From the NCBI GenBank assembly GCA_964013425.1, contig CAXGWC010000004.1, forward strand, positions 18,731 through 82,730: a DNA stretch of 64,000 nucleotides, in the 5' to 3' direction. Below the pieces are notes generated by a model that worked only from the letters and a program-made list of their open reading frames with translations, was not told where the DNA came from and searched no databases. This stretch comes from an uncultured Candidatus Poseidoniales archaeon. Its GTDB lineage: Archaea; Thermoplasmatota; Poseidoniia; Poseidoniales; Thalassarchaeaceae. A program made the position numbers and the translations under genes. Positions 25,697-35,501 of this stretch are shown here, piece after piece (position 1 is the first letter of the stretch; the number at the start of each line of letters is the position of its first letter).

Positions 25697-27076
25697 ATGG
25701 TTCGACGCGGGATACTTCCATTCTTGGTTGTGTTTATGATACTCATCAGTAGCCTAACCACAACCGTTACCGCACAAGAAGAATCCAGTGAGAGTGAACA
25801 TTTTAATTACCACACCATTGCATCATTGGGAGATAGCACTCTCGGGTCTGACCCCACGGGATATCGCGGGCCATTCGCTTCCATTCACGCCGCCAATCTG
25901 ATGGGATTGGATTACTACGAGGGAGCAGTAGGGGGAGACAGATCTTGGACACTCATCGAAGCTGGGAGGCACACCACCATCGCTGAGAATTACAGTGAAG
26001 GAACCCTGGTTACTATAATGATTGGAGCTTGGGACTTTATCGACTCTGACGCCCAGATTGTTAAAGGGGATTACTCTTTCATCACAAATCTTGAAGAAAA
26101 TATGACTATAATACTGGACGCATTAACCGAATCAAACATCGATGTTTTAGCTTGGAACCTTCCCAATATGTCATTTCTCCCGTTTTTGACCCAAATATTC
26201 CCAACCGAGAAGCATGTTTACTTTACCGAAGCCAGCATCCTTTGGGCAGATGCTCTGAACAGATTGGCAGACAGCTATGGTGACAGTGTTCAGGTGTTTG
26301 ACCTGCTAAATGCATCTGACGACCTGCTCCAAAATCAGGAAGCACGTACAATTTCTGGAAACGAAGTAACGGCCCCCCCTGTGATGTGTGACAAAAACTG
26401 CATAATGATTGACTCTCTGCACCCGACCTCTGTCGGGCAGGGCCTTCTTGCAAACTATATGATGGAGGCGATCAACGAGAAATTTCCCTCTCCTGACGGA
26501 GATTACCCATTATTGAGCCAAGATGAGCTAGTGGCTTTGGCGGATTTCAATTCATCCTCCGAAGAGATCTCTAAGCAAACAATTGAAGGGGACTTAACTC
26601 AAGCGTGTTTTGATTGGACCAATACCGGATACAGGGACATGTATCTAACTATTACAATTGACGGCGAGGATGTTGAAATCCCAAGTTACGTAGGATTCAA
26701 TACCGAGGTGTGTAGGCAGGCAACACACGTAATGTATACCGGCTCAAGAGTCATCAATGTAGTTACAGACATCACAAACAATCTCACACTGAATGACTTC
26801 TTCGCTATCTGGGGCAAGAATCTATCCACTACCCAAGTCATGGATTATGAAGTGGGAGAGGGAGACTCGCTTAGCCTCATAATTGATTTAGTCGAATATC
26901 AAGGTGATTGGGAGAACATTCCAATTGAAGGCGTCATATCGATTGAAATTATCTATGAGTCTGCGGAGGTAGCAGAAGACCCCGTCGAAAATAGCGATTC
27001 GGTTCCTGGATTCCCTGCAATTTTCACCCTCATATCCATATTGGCAGCTGTAGTAATCTCTCGTAAGGACTCATAG
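25697..27076 (+). CDS. Secreted SGNH/GDSL-type hydrolase with a PGF-CTERM-like archaeosortase sorting signal
   Basis: Signal peptide present. Block I reads ASLGDSTLG (GDS). The catalytic block V is DSLHPT (DxxH). The C-terminus SVPGFPAIFTLISILAAVVISRKDS has PGF, a TM helix and basic residues. Confidence 0.7.
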   Translation: MVRRGILPFLVVFMILISSLTTTVTAQEESSESEHFNYHTIASLGDSTLGSDPTGYRGPFASIHAANLMGLDYYEGAVGGDRSWTLIEAGRHTTIAENYSEGTLVTIMIGAWDFIDSDAQIVKGDYSFITNLEENMTIILDALTESNIDVLAWNLPNMSFLPFLTQIFPTEKHVYFTEASILWADALNRLADSYGDSVQVFDLLNASDDLLQNQEARTISGNEVTAPPVMCDKNCIMIDSLHPTSVGQGLLANYMMEAINEKFPSPDGDYPLLSQDELVALADFNSSSEEISKQTIEGDLTQACFDWTNTGYRDMYLTITIDGEDVEIPSYVGFNTEVCRQATHVMYTGSRVINVVTDITNNLTLNDFFAIWGKNLSTTQVMDYEVGEGDSLSLIIDLVEYQGDWENIPIEGVISIEIIYESAEVAEDPVENSDSVPGFPAIFTLISILAAVVISRKDS

Positions 27077-27116
27077 CGTCATCGGGATTCATATCTCAGA
27101 GCATAGTGCGGAGAAT

Positions 27117-29171
27117 ATGAATCTGGGCAAGAGGAAAATCCTAGCAAGCATAATTGTCAGCTCCATGCTACTAGCTGGTTGTACAGCTGAGTCAAGTGTA
27201 GATGATGAGTCATTGGAAGACATATCAGAAACGCCAGATACAAATGAGGAAAGTGATCCAGGGTCCGCTCCTGAGGAAATTATTGAAGTTGGAGAGAGTG
27301 GATACTGTGATGATACCAATCAAGTCCATTGCATGCTACCATTTCCTTCGGGAGCATTTCTTTCTGAGGATAGCTCGCAAGATACCGGTTATAGACTTAC
27401 GATAGATGGACAGGCGATTCCAGATTCAAGGTCCGCGGTTAGTGACAATTTGGTGATTTTAGATAGGCTTGATGGCTTCAGTCCCTCTACTCAGATTTTC
27501 ACCGCATTTGATGAGGTCCCAAATATTACTGGAATGGCATCCCAGTTTGATATTGAGGCATCGATAATGGAGGGTCATGGGAGTGTTCTTTTGAACATGG
27601 ATACGGGAGAGAAAGTTTTCCACTGGATAGAAGTGGATGCAAGAGCTCAAGAGGGCGAGGAGACTTTGCTTTTCCTACGAACAATAGAGGGTTTGGATCA
27701 CAATGCCTCTTATGCAGTCGGGTTTAGAGGGCTTTATGATTTGGCTGGAAATGAGATTAGCCCCCACGAGGGATTCAGGGCTCTAAGAGACAATGTTGAG
27801 ACAAATTCCGAAGGTATTGAAGAACAACGTGAATCCTATGAGGAGATGTTCTCAAGCCTCGAATCTTCAGGATTTGAAAGAGGTTCTCTCCAGGCCGCCT
27901 GGTGGTTTCACACTGCTTCAACGGATTCAATTTTGAGAGATATAGTGATAATGAGGGATGATGCAGAGCAGAGGTTGGGTGAGAGTGGTATCGGCTGTAA
28001 CATTACGGAAGTTGTTGAGAATTACGGTGATGATGGAAACTCACTAAGGCTGATACGGGGAACATTTACTACACCTCACTACATGGAAAACGAGTATGCG
28101 AGATCGCCCTTGATGAGAGGGGAATACGGAGATCCTCAGTTCGTTGAGAACAGAGAGGTCGATTTCTCAATGCTAATCCCAAAATCTCTCGCAGAGAACA
28201 ACACATCGGGGCCTCTGACTGTGTTTGGTCACGGGCTTTTCGGTAGTGGTTCATCATATGTCAGGAGCGCCGGATCTATTGCAAATGAGTACGGTACTGT
28301 CGTTATTGCTACGGATTTCAAGGGATGGAGTTCCGATGGAGATCAAGATGCCATGACATTTGCATTACTAGACCTCAAAGAATTCCAGTATCAGCAGGAA
28401 AGGCAAATGCAGGCGGTTATCAATCATATATCAATGGTCAGAACCATAACGGGAGTATGTTCTGAGTCAATGGAATTCAAGCATAATGGAACCAACATGA
28501 TTGATGTGGAAACTGTGAATTACATCGGGATATCTCTTGGCGGTCTTAGGGGGCCATCACTCTTGGCATTCATACCCGAGCTTGAATGGGGCGTACTTTG
28601 GGTTGGCGGGACTTCATTCACTCATCAGGTGGAAAGATCTACTCACTATGGCTCAGAAGAGTTCCCGTCCACTTTCTATCAGCTTCTTTCAAGTGATGTT
28701 TCACTCCCCTCAAGACTTGATAGAGCAGTGGCAATAGCCCTTCTACAGTCAATTTGGGACTCTACAGATGGTGAGACGTACCTGCCATTCAGAGAGACTG
28801 GGTATGAAGATATTTTGAAGCCATTCGATATGTTCTATCTCACATCAATGATGGATGCCCAGGTTACGACTCTTTCTGCAGATAGGGCTGTGAGAACTGG
28901 TGACGTCCCAGTAGTGACTGGGTCAGCATATCACCCATTTGGCGTCGATGTTGTGGATGGACCGATTGATGGCTCGTCTGCGGCTTACTTCGATGGAGAA
29001 TTCCCAGCGCTTCCAACTGGAAACACGAATGGTCCAATGTGGCATCACTCTCTAGCTCATAATCTGGTTCTTGAGGTTCCGGAGGCGAAGATGATGGCGT
29101 ATGGCTACTTGATTTCTGGAGTCCTAGTAGACTACTGCGATCCTTCGTGTACATTTGAGGGAGATTGGTGA
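27117..29171 (+). CDS. Secreted lipobox-anchored alpha/beta-hydrolase-like protein
   Basis: N-terminus MNLGKRKILASIIVSSMLLAGC is a lipobox-like signal, followed by an acidic linker. VFGHGLFGSG looks like an oxyanion region, and IGISLGG is a GxSxG nucleophile elbow. Confidence 0.6.
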   Translation: MNLGKRKILASIIVSSMLLAGCTAESSVDDESLEDISETPDTNEESDPGSAPEEIIEVGESGYCDDTNQVHCMLPFPSGAFLSEDSSQDTGYRLTIDGQAIPDSRSAVSDNLVILDRLDGFSPSTQIFTAFDEVPNITGMASQFDIEASIMEGHGSVLLNMDTGEKVFHWIEVDARAQEGEETLLFLRTIEGLDHNASYAVGFRGLYDLAGNEISPHEGFRALRDNVETNSEGIEEQRESYEEMFSSLESSGFERGSLQAAWWFHTASTDSILRDIVIMRDDAEQRLGESGIGCNITEVVENYGDDGNSLRLIRGTFTTPHYMENEYARSPLMRGEYGDPQFVENREVDFSMLIPKSLAENNTSGPLTVFGHGLFGSGSSYVRSAGSIANEYGTVVIATDFKGWSSDGDQDAMTFALLDLKEFQYQQERQMQAVINHISMVRTITGVCSESMEFKHNGTNMIDVETVNYIGISLGGLRGPSLLAFIPELEWGVLWVGGTSFTHQVERSTHYGSEEFPSTFYQLLSSDVSLPSRLDRAVAIALLQSIWDSTDGETYLPFRETGYEDILKPFDMFYLTSMMDAQVTTLSADRAVRTGDVPVVTGSAYHPFGVDVVDGPIDGSSAAYFDGEFPALPTGNTNGPMWHHSLAHNLVLEVPEAKMMAYGYLISGVLVDYCDPSCTFEGDW

Positions 29172-29789
29172 TCATCCAACTGGTTCACCCCCTTCTCCGA
29201 GAAAGGCGAGTCTCCTCAGATAGCCCTTCTCGATCATGAAGCTGACAACAGACTCTGGGATGGTTGGAGATAGAACCTCTGAAACCGCGCTCGAATCATC
29301 AATAGTCGACATCATTCTAGCCGTCTCTCTGACCCTCCATCCTTCTAATCTGTCCCTTTCCTCCATCGGTATCTCGACCACTGGCCAGTTAGATTTAGAA
29401 TATAGTTCCAAGGAATCAATGTCACTGGAAAGGAAAATTCCTGCCTGACCGTGATAGGATTCTGCATGGGAGACCCAGTTCGGAGGGTCGTCGATATCAG
29501 GTATCGAAATAATTTCCGGAATGGTCCCGAAATCGTTAGATTCTATCCAATGGCGAATCATCTCCTCACGCTCCTGATAGCTCCATGGATTCCTGAGACT
29601 CTCCGGCCTGTTGGAAGATCCTATTGCGATTATCAATGGAAGCTCGGGATGATTGGATTTTCTCCATCTTTCTGCGAACTCCAACATAAATTGGTGGCCT
29701 TTGTGGAATGGTTGGAACCTGCCGAGAATGACTACTCCTGAGACGGGTGATTCCGAGGGAGGGGCTGGGAGAATTTGCAATTCGTACAT
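29172..29789 (-). CDS. nadM: Nicotinamide-nucleotide adenylyltransferase (archaeal NadM type)
   Basis: VVILGRFQPFHKGHQFMLEFA matches the archaeal NMNAT GRFQPFHxGH motif. The downstream IAIGSS...NPWSYQEREEMI is collinear with Methanocaldococcus NMNAT as I recall it. Confidence 0.8.
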   Translation of the reverse strand: MYELQILPAPPSESPVSGVVILGRFQPFHKGHQFMLEFAERWRKSNHPELPLIIAIGSSNRPESLRNPWSYQEREEMIRHWIESNDFGTIPEIISIPDIDDPPNWVSHAESYHGQAGIFLSSDIDSLELYSKSNWPVVEIPMEERDRLEGWRVRETARMMSTIDDSSAVSEVLSPTIPESVVSFMIEKGYLRRLAFLGEGGEPVG

Positions 29790-29793
29790 ACTT

Positions 29794-30504
29794 TCACCCG
29801 ATTATACTCTCCAACCTGTCCAGTCCGAGGTGCCAGGATCTAGCCTCCAGGTAATCCCTCCCCAGGAGGATTGGTGTACTCTGCAATCTAGATTTCTCCA
29901 ATATGTCAAAAAGTCCACCTGAAAACTCCTGATGAGATTCCATAGTTGGAAGGATCCTTGGGTCGGATGATGGATCCATGGTCTCTCCAAGATCTTCCCT
30001 CCTAGACATCCAGTCAATTACTACGGATTCGATGAATGTAGCCCTATCCAAAGATGAGATGGAATTCTTGAACTCCTCCCATACTGATGGCATTAGAAAG
30101 GATTCCGTACTTCTGACGGCAGAAACAAGGCTGGGTTCGACATACAGGAATAACCTAGCGTCCCAACACCTCCACTCCCCTAGCGATGACCAATGACAAA
30201 GTAGTAGCAGAAGCTCTGCTTTCTTCTCGATCGGAATGTCTTGTTTTTCCAGTGTGAGGTCCGGATTGATTTCTCCCACACTATCCAACCATTCCATTAT
30301 CTCTCCTTCTAAATCTACATCGAACTGCCTTGAAGGGAGTCCTTGGTATCCTGGCCTTGTCTCCCTGAGAGACATTTTCTCCATCCCCTCGATGATTGAA
30401 CCCAATGACATGGATAATATCGAATCTAGTGATTTGGGGTCAATCAATGACAGTATGACGTCTGGCATATGTATCCGTGGCATTACCAACCGGCAATGTG
30501 GCAT
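29794..30504 (-). CDS. Hypothetical protein (236 aa), probably co-transcribed with nadM
   Basis: The ORF ends 5 nt before the nadM start on the same strand. I recognise no motif. Confidence 0.45.
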   Translation of the reverse strand: MPHCRLVMPRIHMPDVILSLIDPKSLDSILSMSLGSIIEGMEKMSLRETRPGYQGLPSRQFDVDLEGEIMEWLDSVGEINPDLTLEKQDIPIEKKAELLLLLCHWSSLGEWRCWDARLFLYVEPSLVSAVRSTESFLMPSVWEEFKNSISSLDRATFIESVVIDWMSRREDLGETMDPSSDPRILPTMESHQEFSGGLFDILEKSRLQSTPILLGRDYLEARSWHLGLDRLESIIG

Positions 30505-30598
30505 GAACCCTCGCTCGCACGGCTATCGACAATTTTCTCCACCGAATTCAATAAGTTGGTCCTCGCGTAGCGCGATTAATACATTGGAGGGTGGTCAC

Positions 30599-31717
30599 TT
30601 GGCGACTATAGAAGAGCAAATCAAGTCACTGGAGGAAGAAATCTCCAAGACCAAGTATAACAAGGCTACACAGGGCCATATTGGGCGTCTAAAAGCTAAG
30701 ATAGCCTCCTTGAAGGAGAGGAAGGAGAAGGCAGTAGCGCATGCGAAGAAGAGTGGGTCAAGCGCCGGTTTTGAGGTGAAGAAGTCTGGCGATGCGTCGG
30801 TCTCTTTAGTTGGTTTCCCAAGCGTAGGTAAATCAAGTCTCATCTCTCAACTGACAGGTGCTGACTCGGAAGCAGGTGCCTTCGCTTTCACTACTCTGAC
30901 ATGCATACCTGGTGTTCTCGACCATAGAGGCGCCAAGATACAGATTCTGGATCTCCCAGGCCTGATCAAGGGCGCCTCTGAGGGCAAAGGAAGAGGCAGG
31001 GAAATACTCAATGTAATCAGAGGATCTGACATGGTGCTTTACGTTGTAGACCCGTTTCAAGAGTCTCACTTCGATATCCTAGACAGGGAGTTATGGATGG
31101 CGGGAATGAGGTTGAATCAAGCTGAGCCACAGGTATTCATTACCAGAACTAAGAGAGGTGGCATAGTAGTCAGATCAACAGTTAAGCAGACTAATCTTTC
31201 CGAAGAAGAAATACAGGGAATAATCCGTAGTTTTGGCATTGTCTCTGCAACAGTAACGCTCCGCACAGACGTGACGGATGATCATATTGTGGATACTTTA
31301 GCAGGAAATAGAATCTACAATAGGGCGGTGGTTGTCGTAAATAAGATTGATCTGGCGACTGAAGAGGATCTGGAAAGAACAAGGAAGATGCTTCCAGAGG
31401 GATGGCCCGTCCTTGAAGTCTCAGCAAAGACTGGCGAGGGGATTGAAAATATGAAGGACTTCATCTTCGATAATCTCCACTTTATGTCCATATTCCTGAA
31501 GCCACAGGGACAAGAGGCCGATATGATCGAGCCATTGATCGTAAAGGATACGTCTACAGTCAGGGACGTATGTGCAAAACTACACAGGGACTTCGTAAGA
31601 AAATTCAGATACGCTAGGGTGAAGGGGCCCAGTGCTAAGTTCGATTGGCAGAGGGTTGGGCTAGATCACCAGCTATCTGATGGGGATGTCCTAACCATTA
31701 TTCTAAGGAAGTCCTAG
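30599..31717 (+). CDS. DRG/Obg-family GTPase with a C-terminal TGS domain
   Basis: (M)ATIEEQIKSLEEEISKTKYNKATQGHIGRLKAKIASL, then G1 GFPSVGKSSL, G3 DLPGLI and G4 NKID. The track ORF (from 30236) overlaps the divergent gene. The TTG at 30599 gives the conserved N-terminus and is preceded by GGAGGGTGG. Confidence 0.88.
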   Translation: MATIEEQIKSLEEEISKTKYNKATQGHIGRLKAKIASLKERKEKAVAHAKKSGSSAGFEVKKSGDASVSLVGFPSVGKSSLISQLTGADSEAGAFAFTTLTCIPGVLDHRGAKIQILDLPGLIKGASEGKGRGREILNVIRGSDMVLYVVDPFQESHFDILDRELWMAGMRLNQAEPQVFITRTKRGGIVVRSTVKQTNLSEEEIQGIIRSFGIVSATVTLRTDVTDDHIVDTLAGNRIYNRAVVVVNKIDLATEEDLERTRKMLPEGWPVLEVSAKTGEGIENMKDFIFDNLHFMSIFLKPQGQEADMIEPLIVKDTSTVRDVCAKLHRDFVRKFRYARVKGPSAKFDWQRVGLDHQLSDGDVLTIILRKS

Positions 31718-31732
31718 GCGATGTATTGACCT

Positions 31733-32515
31733 ATGGAACCCTCACGCGCTAGCATGGAGTCTGCTGTGGGAGACCTGCTTCCTCGGGCCGAGCTGAGGGG
31801 ACTAATCGGTCATCTGAGAAGCAGGGCTTTCCTCTTGGTAGCCATTTTTGGAGTGGGATTCATAGGGGGCTATCCACTTGCAGGTAGAGCTATAGAGATA
31901 CTTCTGGATTCTTCAGACTACAGGCCTGACGGCGTTGAGGTTATCATTCTGCATCCTATGGAGGCGGTTCTACTTAGATTGAGGATAGGGTTTCAGCTGG
32001 GCGTTATCATATCCGGAATCTTTGTAATTTGCGATATATCTTGGAACGGTAAGAAGATTTTTGCCAAGGCGAAGAGATCTGATATAGGAGCTAGTAGTAG
32101 CATTGGAGATTTCGCTATAGTTCTGATTTCAGCATTGTCTCTAGCAATCTTAGGGGCTCTTTATTCTCATGAGATATTGGTCCCTCTGCTTCTTGATTAC
32201 CTATCTGAAGATGCATCTGCTGCAAATCTGAGCTCCACATGGCAACTACAATCTTGGATTGGTTTCGTCAGTGGACTTTACTTTGCTTCAATTTTCGGCT
32301 TTCAGGTCCCAATAATTATTCTCTTACTTCTCAGATACGAGATAGTGAGTGGCGATGGAATCAGGAAGAATCGAGGAGTACTCTGGTTCCTTGGTATGGC
32401 TTTCGGGGCCTTTCTTTCCCCTCCTGATCCTTTGTCGATGTTCCTTGTTGCGGGACCTGTCCTGCTCATGATAGAGCTGGCACTTATTTTCAATAGCCTG
32501 ACTAGGAATCGTTAG
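31733..32515 (+). CDS. tatC: Twin-arginine translocase subunit TatC
   Basis: 260 aa with about six TM helices. The motif FLSPPDPLSMFLVAGPVLLMIELA is characteristic of TatC. Confidence 0.75.
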   Translation: MEPSRASMESAVGDLLPRAELRGLIGHLRSRAFLLVAIFGVGFIGGYPLAGRAIEILLDSSDYRPDGVEVIILHPMEAVLLRLRIGFQLGVIISGIFVICDISWNGKKIFAKAKRSDIGASSSIGDFAIVLISALSLAILGALYSHEILVPLLLDYLSEDASAANLSSTWQLQSWIGFVSGLYFASIFGFQVPIIILLLLRYEIVSGDGIRKNRGVLWFLGMAFGAFLSPPDPLSMFLVAGPVLLMIELALIFNSLTRNR

Positions 32516-34331
32516 AGATTCCACGGTTCCTTGCATCTTCGGCCCTAGCATCCGCGCGACCCTGTTCAACATCCACGTACCTCATTAGGAAAACGCCAAT
32601 GGCGATGAGTACTGCAATACTGAGTACGCCTACCCTACTGTCGAACATTATTGTCATGGACGCATATAGTAACGGTCCTATAGCGGCAGCAACCTTTCCG
32701 AAGAATCCAAAGAATCCAAAGAACTCCGTACTCCTCGTCTCTGGTATCATCTGTCCGAAGATACTTCTAGACAACCCTTGTGAGCCTCCAAATAGGGTAC
32801 CTATCATCATCCCTAGTATCATGAATTGATATCCGACCCCTATATTCAGAGGCTCCCATACATATTCCCTTACCGTTTCTGGTATGACGTCCAACGCTCC
32901 GTCACCGAGGTTTGTCGGATGATCTATACCTACACTAGACGAGCCATCCAGAGGGCCCCCGGACACGCTGATGCTGAATCGGGAGTCTGAAATTGATGTT
33001 AGGATTGAGGATACATCCTCTACGTCATTCACATCAATTAGATTCTTTTCGTCAGAGGAATTAGAGTAATTCCAAGAGTATGTTCCAGTTCTATCATCGT
33101 ACTCAACTGGGAGAGATTCGCTCCATTGAGCTGCCCAAGCCTGTTCATCGAACTCGCCATCCTCGAAATCCAGTTTTTGTGCTATGTCATTGGCGTTGTA
33201 ATTTACATGTACCTGATACAACTGTTTTTCCTCATTCCAGTCATACATTACTTCAAACTCATCATGGGAGTCAAGTTCCAATGGTGCAAAACCAAGAGTT
33301 GCGAAGCTTAGCACTAGCCATCCGACCAAAGACGCATTCAGCGCTTTCTTGGTCCCCCATTTATTGGCCAACTTCGTAAAAAATAGCGCACACGGGTACG
33401 CAACGAACTGAATCAAAACTATTGTGATCATTAATTCGATTGTTGATACCCCAAGAACAACCGCACCGAATATCGGCCCAATTGCCCATACTGTGTTAAT
33501 CGCATCTATGAAGAAGAAGTACGCCAGCATGTAGATGAATAATGTTCTGAATTTATTGTACTCCTTTAGTGTCGTCCAGACCTGGGAGTAGGCTTCCCTG
33601 ACGGTCGGAACCTGCTCATTATTCTCCATAGGAGGCTCTGGTACGTACTTGAAAGTCATAAGTGCGAAACCGAACCACCATACTCCTGATGAGGCTAGGC
33701 AGAATCTGATAACAGCATCTCCACCGATTCCGAGAACTAGCCCTAGATGTACCACAAGTAGAATACCTCCTCCTAGGTACCCATAGGCGTAGGCCCTATT
33801 GGAGATATCATCCATCTCATCGTCAGTCCCGAGATGGGGCAATAATGCGTTGTAGAAGACTCCTGCAGCATTAAGGCCAATGTTTGCAATGAAGTAGAAT
33901 ACCAAGAGCCAAATCCACTCATTTCCAGGCACTAAGAAATCGAATCCTAACATGAATGTAGCTCCAGCGCCTATATAGGTGAGTATTCTGAGCCAGCTCA
34001 TCTTGACAGGCTTGTAATCTGCAATTACTCCGAGAGCAGGTGCGATTATTGCAACAGCCCAAGTTCCGAATGCGACAAGGTATGCGATTAACGCGTCTCC
34101 TTCCATAGTAATTCCTGCTATAGTGGTGTTCAGTCCGTTGGCCTCTAAGAATAGGAGAGCGAACCAAGTCGGGAAAATGGCAGAGACAACGCTGGTCTCA
34201 AACGCTGACTTTCCCCAATCATACATACAATATCCACGCACTTCCAATGGGTCGGACGCGCGGTCCAATTCTGCTTCTGACATGACAATACCTAAGTCCC
34301 GTAGAGGCAGAGAGGTAATGAGTATTGTCAC
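32502..34331 (-). CDS. MFS transporter (UMF1/Atg22-like) with a large hydrophilic insertion
   Basis: YCMYDWGKSAFETSVVSAIFPTWF is typical of the UMF1 family. There are about 12 TM helices, split by an acidic loop of about 150 aa. Confidence 0.75.
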   Translation of the reverse strand: MTILITSLPLRDLGIVMSEAELDRASDPLEVRGYCMYDWGKSAFETSVVSAIFPTWFALLFLEANGLNTTIAGITMEGDALIAYLVAFGTWAVAIIAPALGVIADYKPVKMSWLRILTYIGAGATFMLGFDFLVPGNEWIWLLVFYFIANIGLNAAGVFYNALLPHLGTDDEMDDISNRAYAYGYLGGGILLVVHLGLVLGIGGDAVIRFCLASSGVWWFGFALMTFKYVPEPPMENNEQVPTVREAYSQVWTTLKEYNKFRTLFIYMLAYFFFIDAINTVWAIGPIFGAVVLGVSTIELMITIVLIQFVAYPCALFFTKLANKWGTKKALNASLVGWLVLSFATLGFAPLELDSHDEFEVMYDWNEEKQLYQVHVNYNANDIAQKLDFEDGEFDEQAWAAQWSESLPVEYDDRTGTYSWNYSNSSDEKNLIDVNDVEDVSSILTSISDSRFSISVSGGPLDGSSSVGIDHPTNLGDGALDVIPETVREYVWEPLNIGVGYQFMILGMMIGTLFGGSQGLSRSIFGQMIPETRSTEFFGFFGFFGKVAAAIGPLLYASMTIMFDSRVGVLSIAVLIAIGVFLMRYVDVEQGRADARAEDARNRGISNDS

Positions 34332-34369
34332 GTCTCTGTATTTTCTCAGATTGCATTAATTGCCTCCTC

Positions 34370-35500
34370 ATGTCCGGGGATATTGGCAATCGTATGTGGA
34401 AACAGCCAGCAGAGAATTCCTTAGGCGCCCTCAAACATGGGATGGAGTTCTCTGACGGGATTGAGTTTGATCTGAGGATGAACGCAGACGAGGAGCTTGT
34501 AATATTTCATGATGAGTTCATACCTGGCTCTGGGCCTATAAAACCAAGATGTATAGAAAACATGTACACAGATGAGTTACAAAAGCTTGGCGTTCTAACC
34601 TTCGATGAGCTTGTAAATGATATGGATTTCTTGGATTCTTGGAAATCTGGAAGTAAGACTGTGGACATAGAAATCAAGATGCCCCATCCGACGGTAGGAA
34701 AAAATGATGATGATTACCTAAAATCTGTTATGGATAGAATATCATCGATGACAGGCGATGTTGAGTTGCCATCCAGATCCACTATCGTTTCCAGTTTTTC
34801 ACCTAGATTGTGTGTAGTTTCAAAGAGTATTGAGTTTGATTTTGCAGTAACCCAGCTAGTCCCAAAGATACGTCCATGGGGCAGGTATTGGAGAGTCAAG
34901 AGAGCATTTGCCATTCCCCAATTCGTAATGACTTCTGTCCCCTATATCGCAAAGAAATTTAGATCCGAAGGAATGAGTTCTATTGGGATGGCATTAGAGT
35001 ACCTTAAGGGGTGGGAAAAATATACCAGATTCGGACCCAAAGTAGGGTTAGAGGGGAAGGGGCTTGAGAAATTGCATAAATCTCTTAGAGGAATGGGAGT
35101 TTTTGTCTGGCCGGGTCCTTTGGATCTTGAGGACTCTCTGATCAATGCCGGAGTTTCAATAGTTTCCGATAATATGAATCCGGATGTTGTTACAAAGCCT
35201 GATGGTAGTTACAGATGGCCAAGGCCCGCTAGTCAGCCACTCGATGAGGAATGGGAGAATAGGCTTAGTTCGTCGACACTTCTTGAAAGGTCCGATTTGA
35301 TAAAAGAGGCAGGAGAAAGTCTGCCTTCATGGGCAGAATTAGGAACTAAAAGAAAGGCTGATATTATCGCGGACCAAGGTAGGAGAATGCTATGGGAGGG
35401 TTCTGAAGAAAGTTGGAACCGTGACCACGAGAATGGCATCCCTTGGGGCAGTCCTAGGATAATTGGGCACAGGGGGGCTGGCAAAAGTCACGGCTGGTAG
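34370..35500 (+). CDS. Glycerophosphodiester phosphodiesterase (GDPD) family protein, atypical
   Basis: MSGDIGNRMWKQPAENSLGAL...GIEFDLRMNADEELVIFHDE is collinear with the GDPD N-terminal blocks (HRG, ENT, ExD, HD), but HRG reads NRM. The start is set at the ATG at 34370; the track TTG at 34325 overlaps the MFS gene. Confidence 0.65.
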   Translation: MSGDIGNRMWKQPAENSLGALKHGMEFSDGIEFDLRMNADEELVIFHDEFIPGSGPIKPRCIENMYTDELQKLGVLTFDELVNDMDFLDSWKSGSKTVDIEIKMPHPTVGKNDDDYLKSVMDRISSMTGDVELPSRSTIVSSFSPRLCVVSKSIEFDFAVTQLVPKIRPWGRYWRVKRAFAIPQFVMTSVPYIAKKFRSEGMSSIGMALEYLKGWEKYTRFGPKVGLEGKGLEKLHKSLRGMGVFVWPGPLDLEDSLINAGVSIVSDNMNPDVVTKPDGSYRWPRPASQPLDEEWENRLSSSTLLERSDLIKEAGESLPSWAELGTKRKADIIADQGRRMLWEGSEESWNRDHENGIPWGSPRIIGHRGAGKSHGW

Positions 35501-35501
35501 A

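Noticed and set aside
32701-32727. Three tandem copies of a 9-bp unit (aagaatcca aagaatcca aagaactcc)
   Set aside because: It lies in-frame inside the MFS transporter (minus strand) and encodes FGFFGFFG in a TM helix. It is a coding micro-repeat, not a CRISPR, VNTR or regulatory array.
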